Assembly (NCBI GenBank): GCA_002256025.1
Contig: NKIB01012837.1
Coordinates: 49,802 to 69,801 of the forward strand
Source: Asterionella formosa
Lineage: Eukaryota
DNA: 20,000 nucleotides
Reading direction: 5' to 3'
Shown: in pieces, positions 19,344-20,000 of the stretch
How the letters are laid out: every line of letters starts with the position of its first letter
How positions within the stretch are numbered: position 1 is the stretch's first letter
Position numbers and translations under genes: made by a program
The notes under the pieces: model-generated
Database searches by the model: none
The model's input: the letters and a program-made list of their open reading frames with translations, nothing else
What the model was told of the DNA's origin: nothing

Positions 19344-20000
19344 CTTTCCTCATTCCAGCAATCCATTGTCCCATTGAGCATTTTATGTGCATGAGAATCA
19401 TGGATTTTCTGAGTTACATTCTTTGACAGAAGGTCTGCAGGGTTTTTCAATGTATTCACATATTGAACAAGGATATTACCATTTTCAACTTTCTGTCTGA
19501 TAAAATGGTACCTGACATCAATATGTTTGGTTCTTGCACCAACTTGTTTATTTCTTGAGAGAAAAATCGCTCCAGTATTATCCTCCAAAATTTTGCTTGG
19601 CAAGACAACGTGATCGATCTCATTCAACAAGTTGGATGTAAAAGTCGTTTCTTTAGATCCATCGCTGAGACCCACGTATTCAGCTTCAGTGCTCGAAACA
19701 GTAACGATGTTCTGCCCTTTTGAAATCCAATTGATCAATGCAGTTCCACCGATTGTACCCAAGTAGGCACTAGTGCTCTTTCGTGTGTCCTTATTGTCGC
19801 CAAATGACGTGTCAACAATATCCTGTGGTCGTAACTCTATTGGAGTTCTCAATTTTAATTTCCTGTTTGTGATATCCGCACGTAGATATCCCAAAAGACG
19901 TTCTACTGCCATCCAGTGTGACTTGTTGGGACTCTCCAAATTTTGAGACAATTCTCTGCATGCATTTGCACAAACCGGAGAGACTTTCTTGACAAAGTAG
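19331..20000 (-). mobile_element. pol: Ty1/copia LTR retrotransposon pol, 3' end (end of RT plus RNase H); continues beyond the window
   Basis: The frame is open from 19999 (YFVKKVSPVCANACRELSQ). Copia RNase H motifs are 'VDTSFGDNKDTRKSTS', 'WISKGQNIVTVSSTEAEY', 'EDNTGAI', 'RTKHIDVRYHFIR' and 'NPADLLSK'. Confidence 0.95.

Overview
Eukaryotic nuclear DNA, almost certainly from a diatom or close ochrophyte: two light-harvesting genes carry ASAFAP-type bipartite plastid presequences, introns are short GT-AG, and there is a copia element. The left half (1-12.4 kb) is gene-dense. It holds the 3' part of a canonical-type Dicer, an NTT/TLC nucleotide transporter, a HemW-type radical SAM protein, an unknown protein, and two tandem spliced FCP/Lhc genes whose exons I reconstructed by hand. 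The right half (12.4-20 kb) is an AT-richer, partly CpG-depleted mobile-element graveyard. It holds a 212-bp MITE, transposase-like relics, a decayed spliced gene just inside a pogo-like terminal repeat, one intact intronless sulfotransferase-fold gene, and the RT/RNase H end of a Ty1/copia element. I see no clearly new biological system. The best candidate for novelty is a possible DNA transposon carrying an intron-containing cargo gene of unknown family (about 13.0-15.84 kb). All family assignments come from motif recognition, not database searches.
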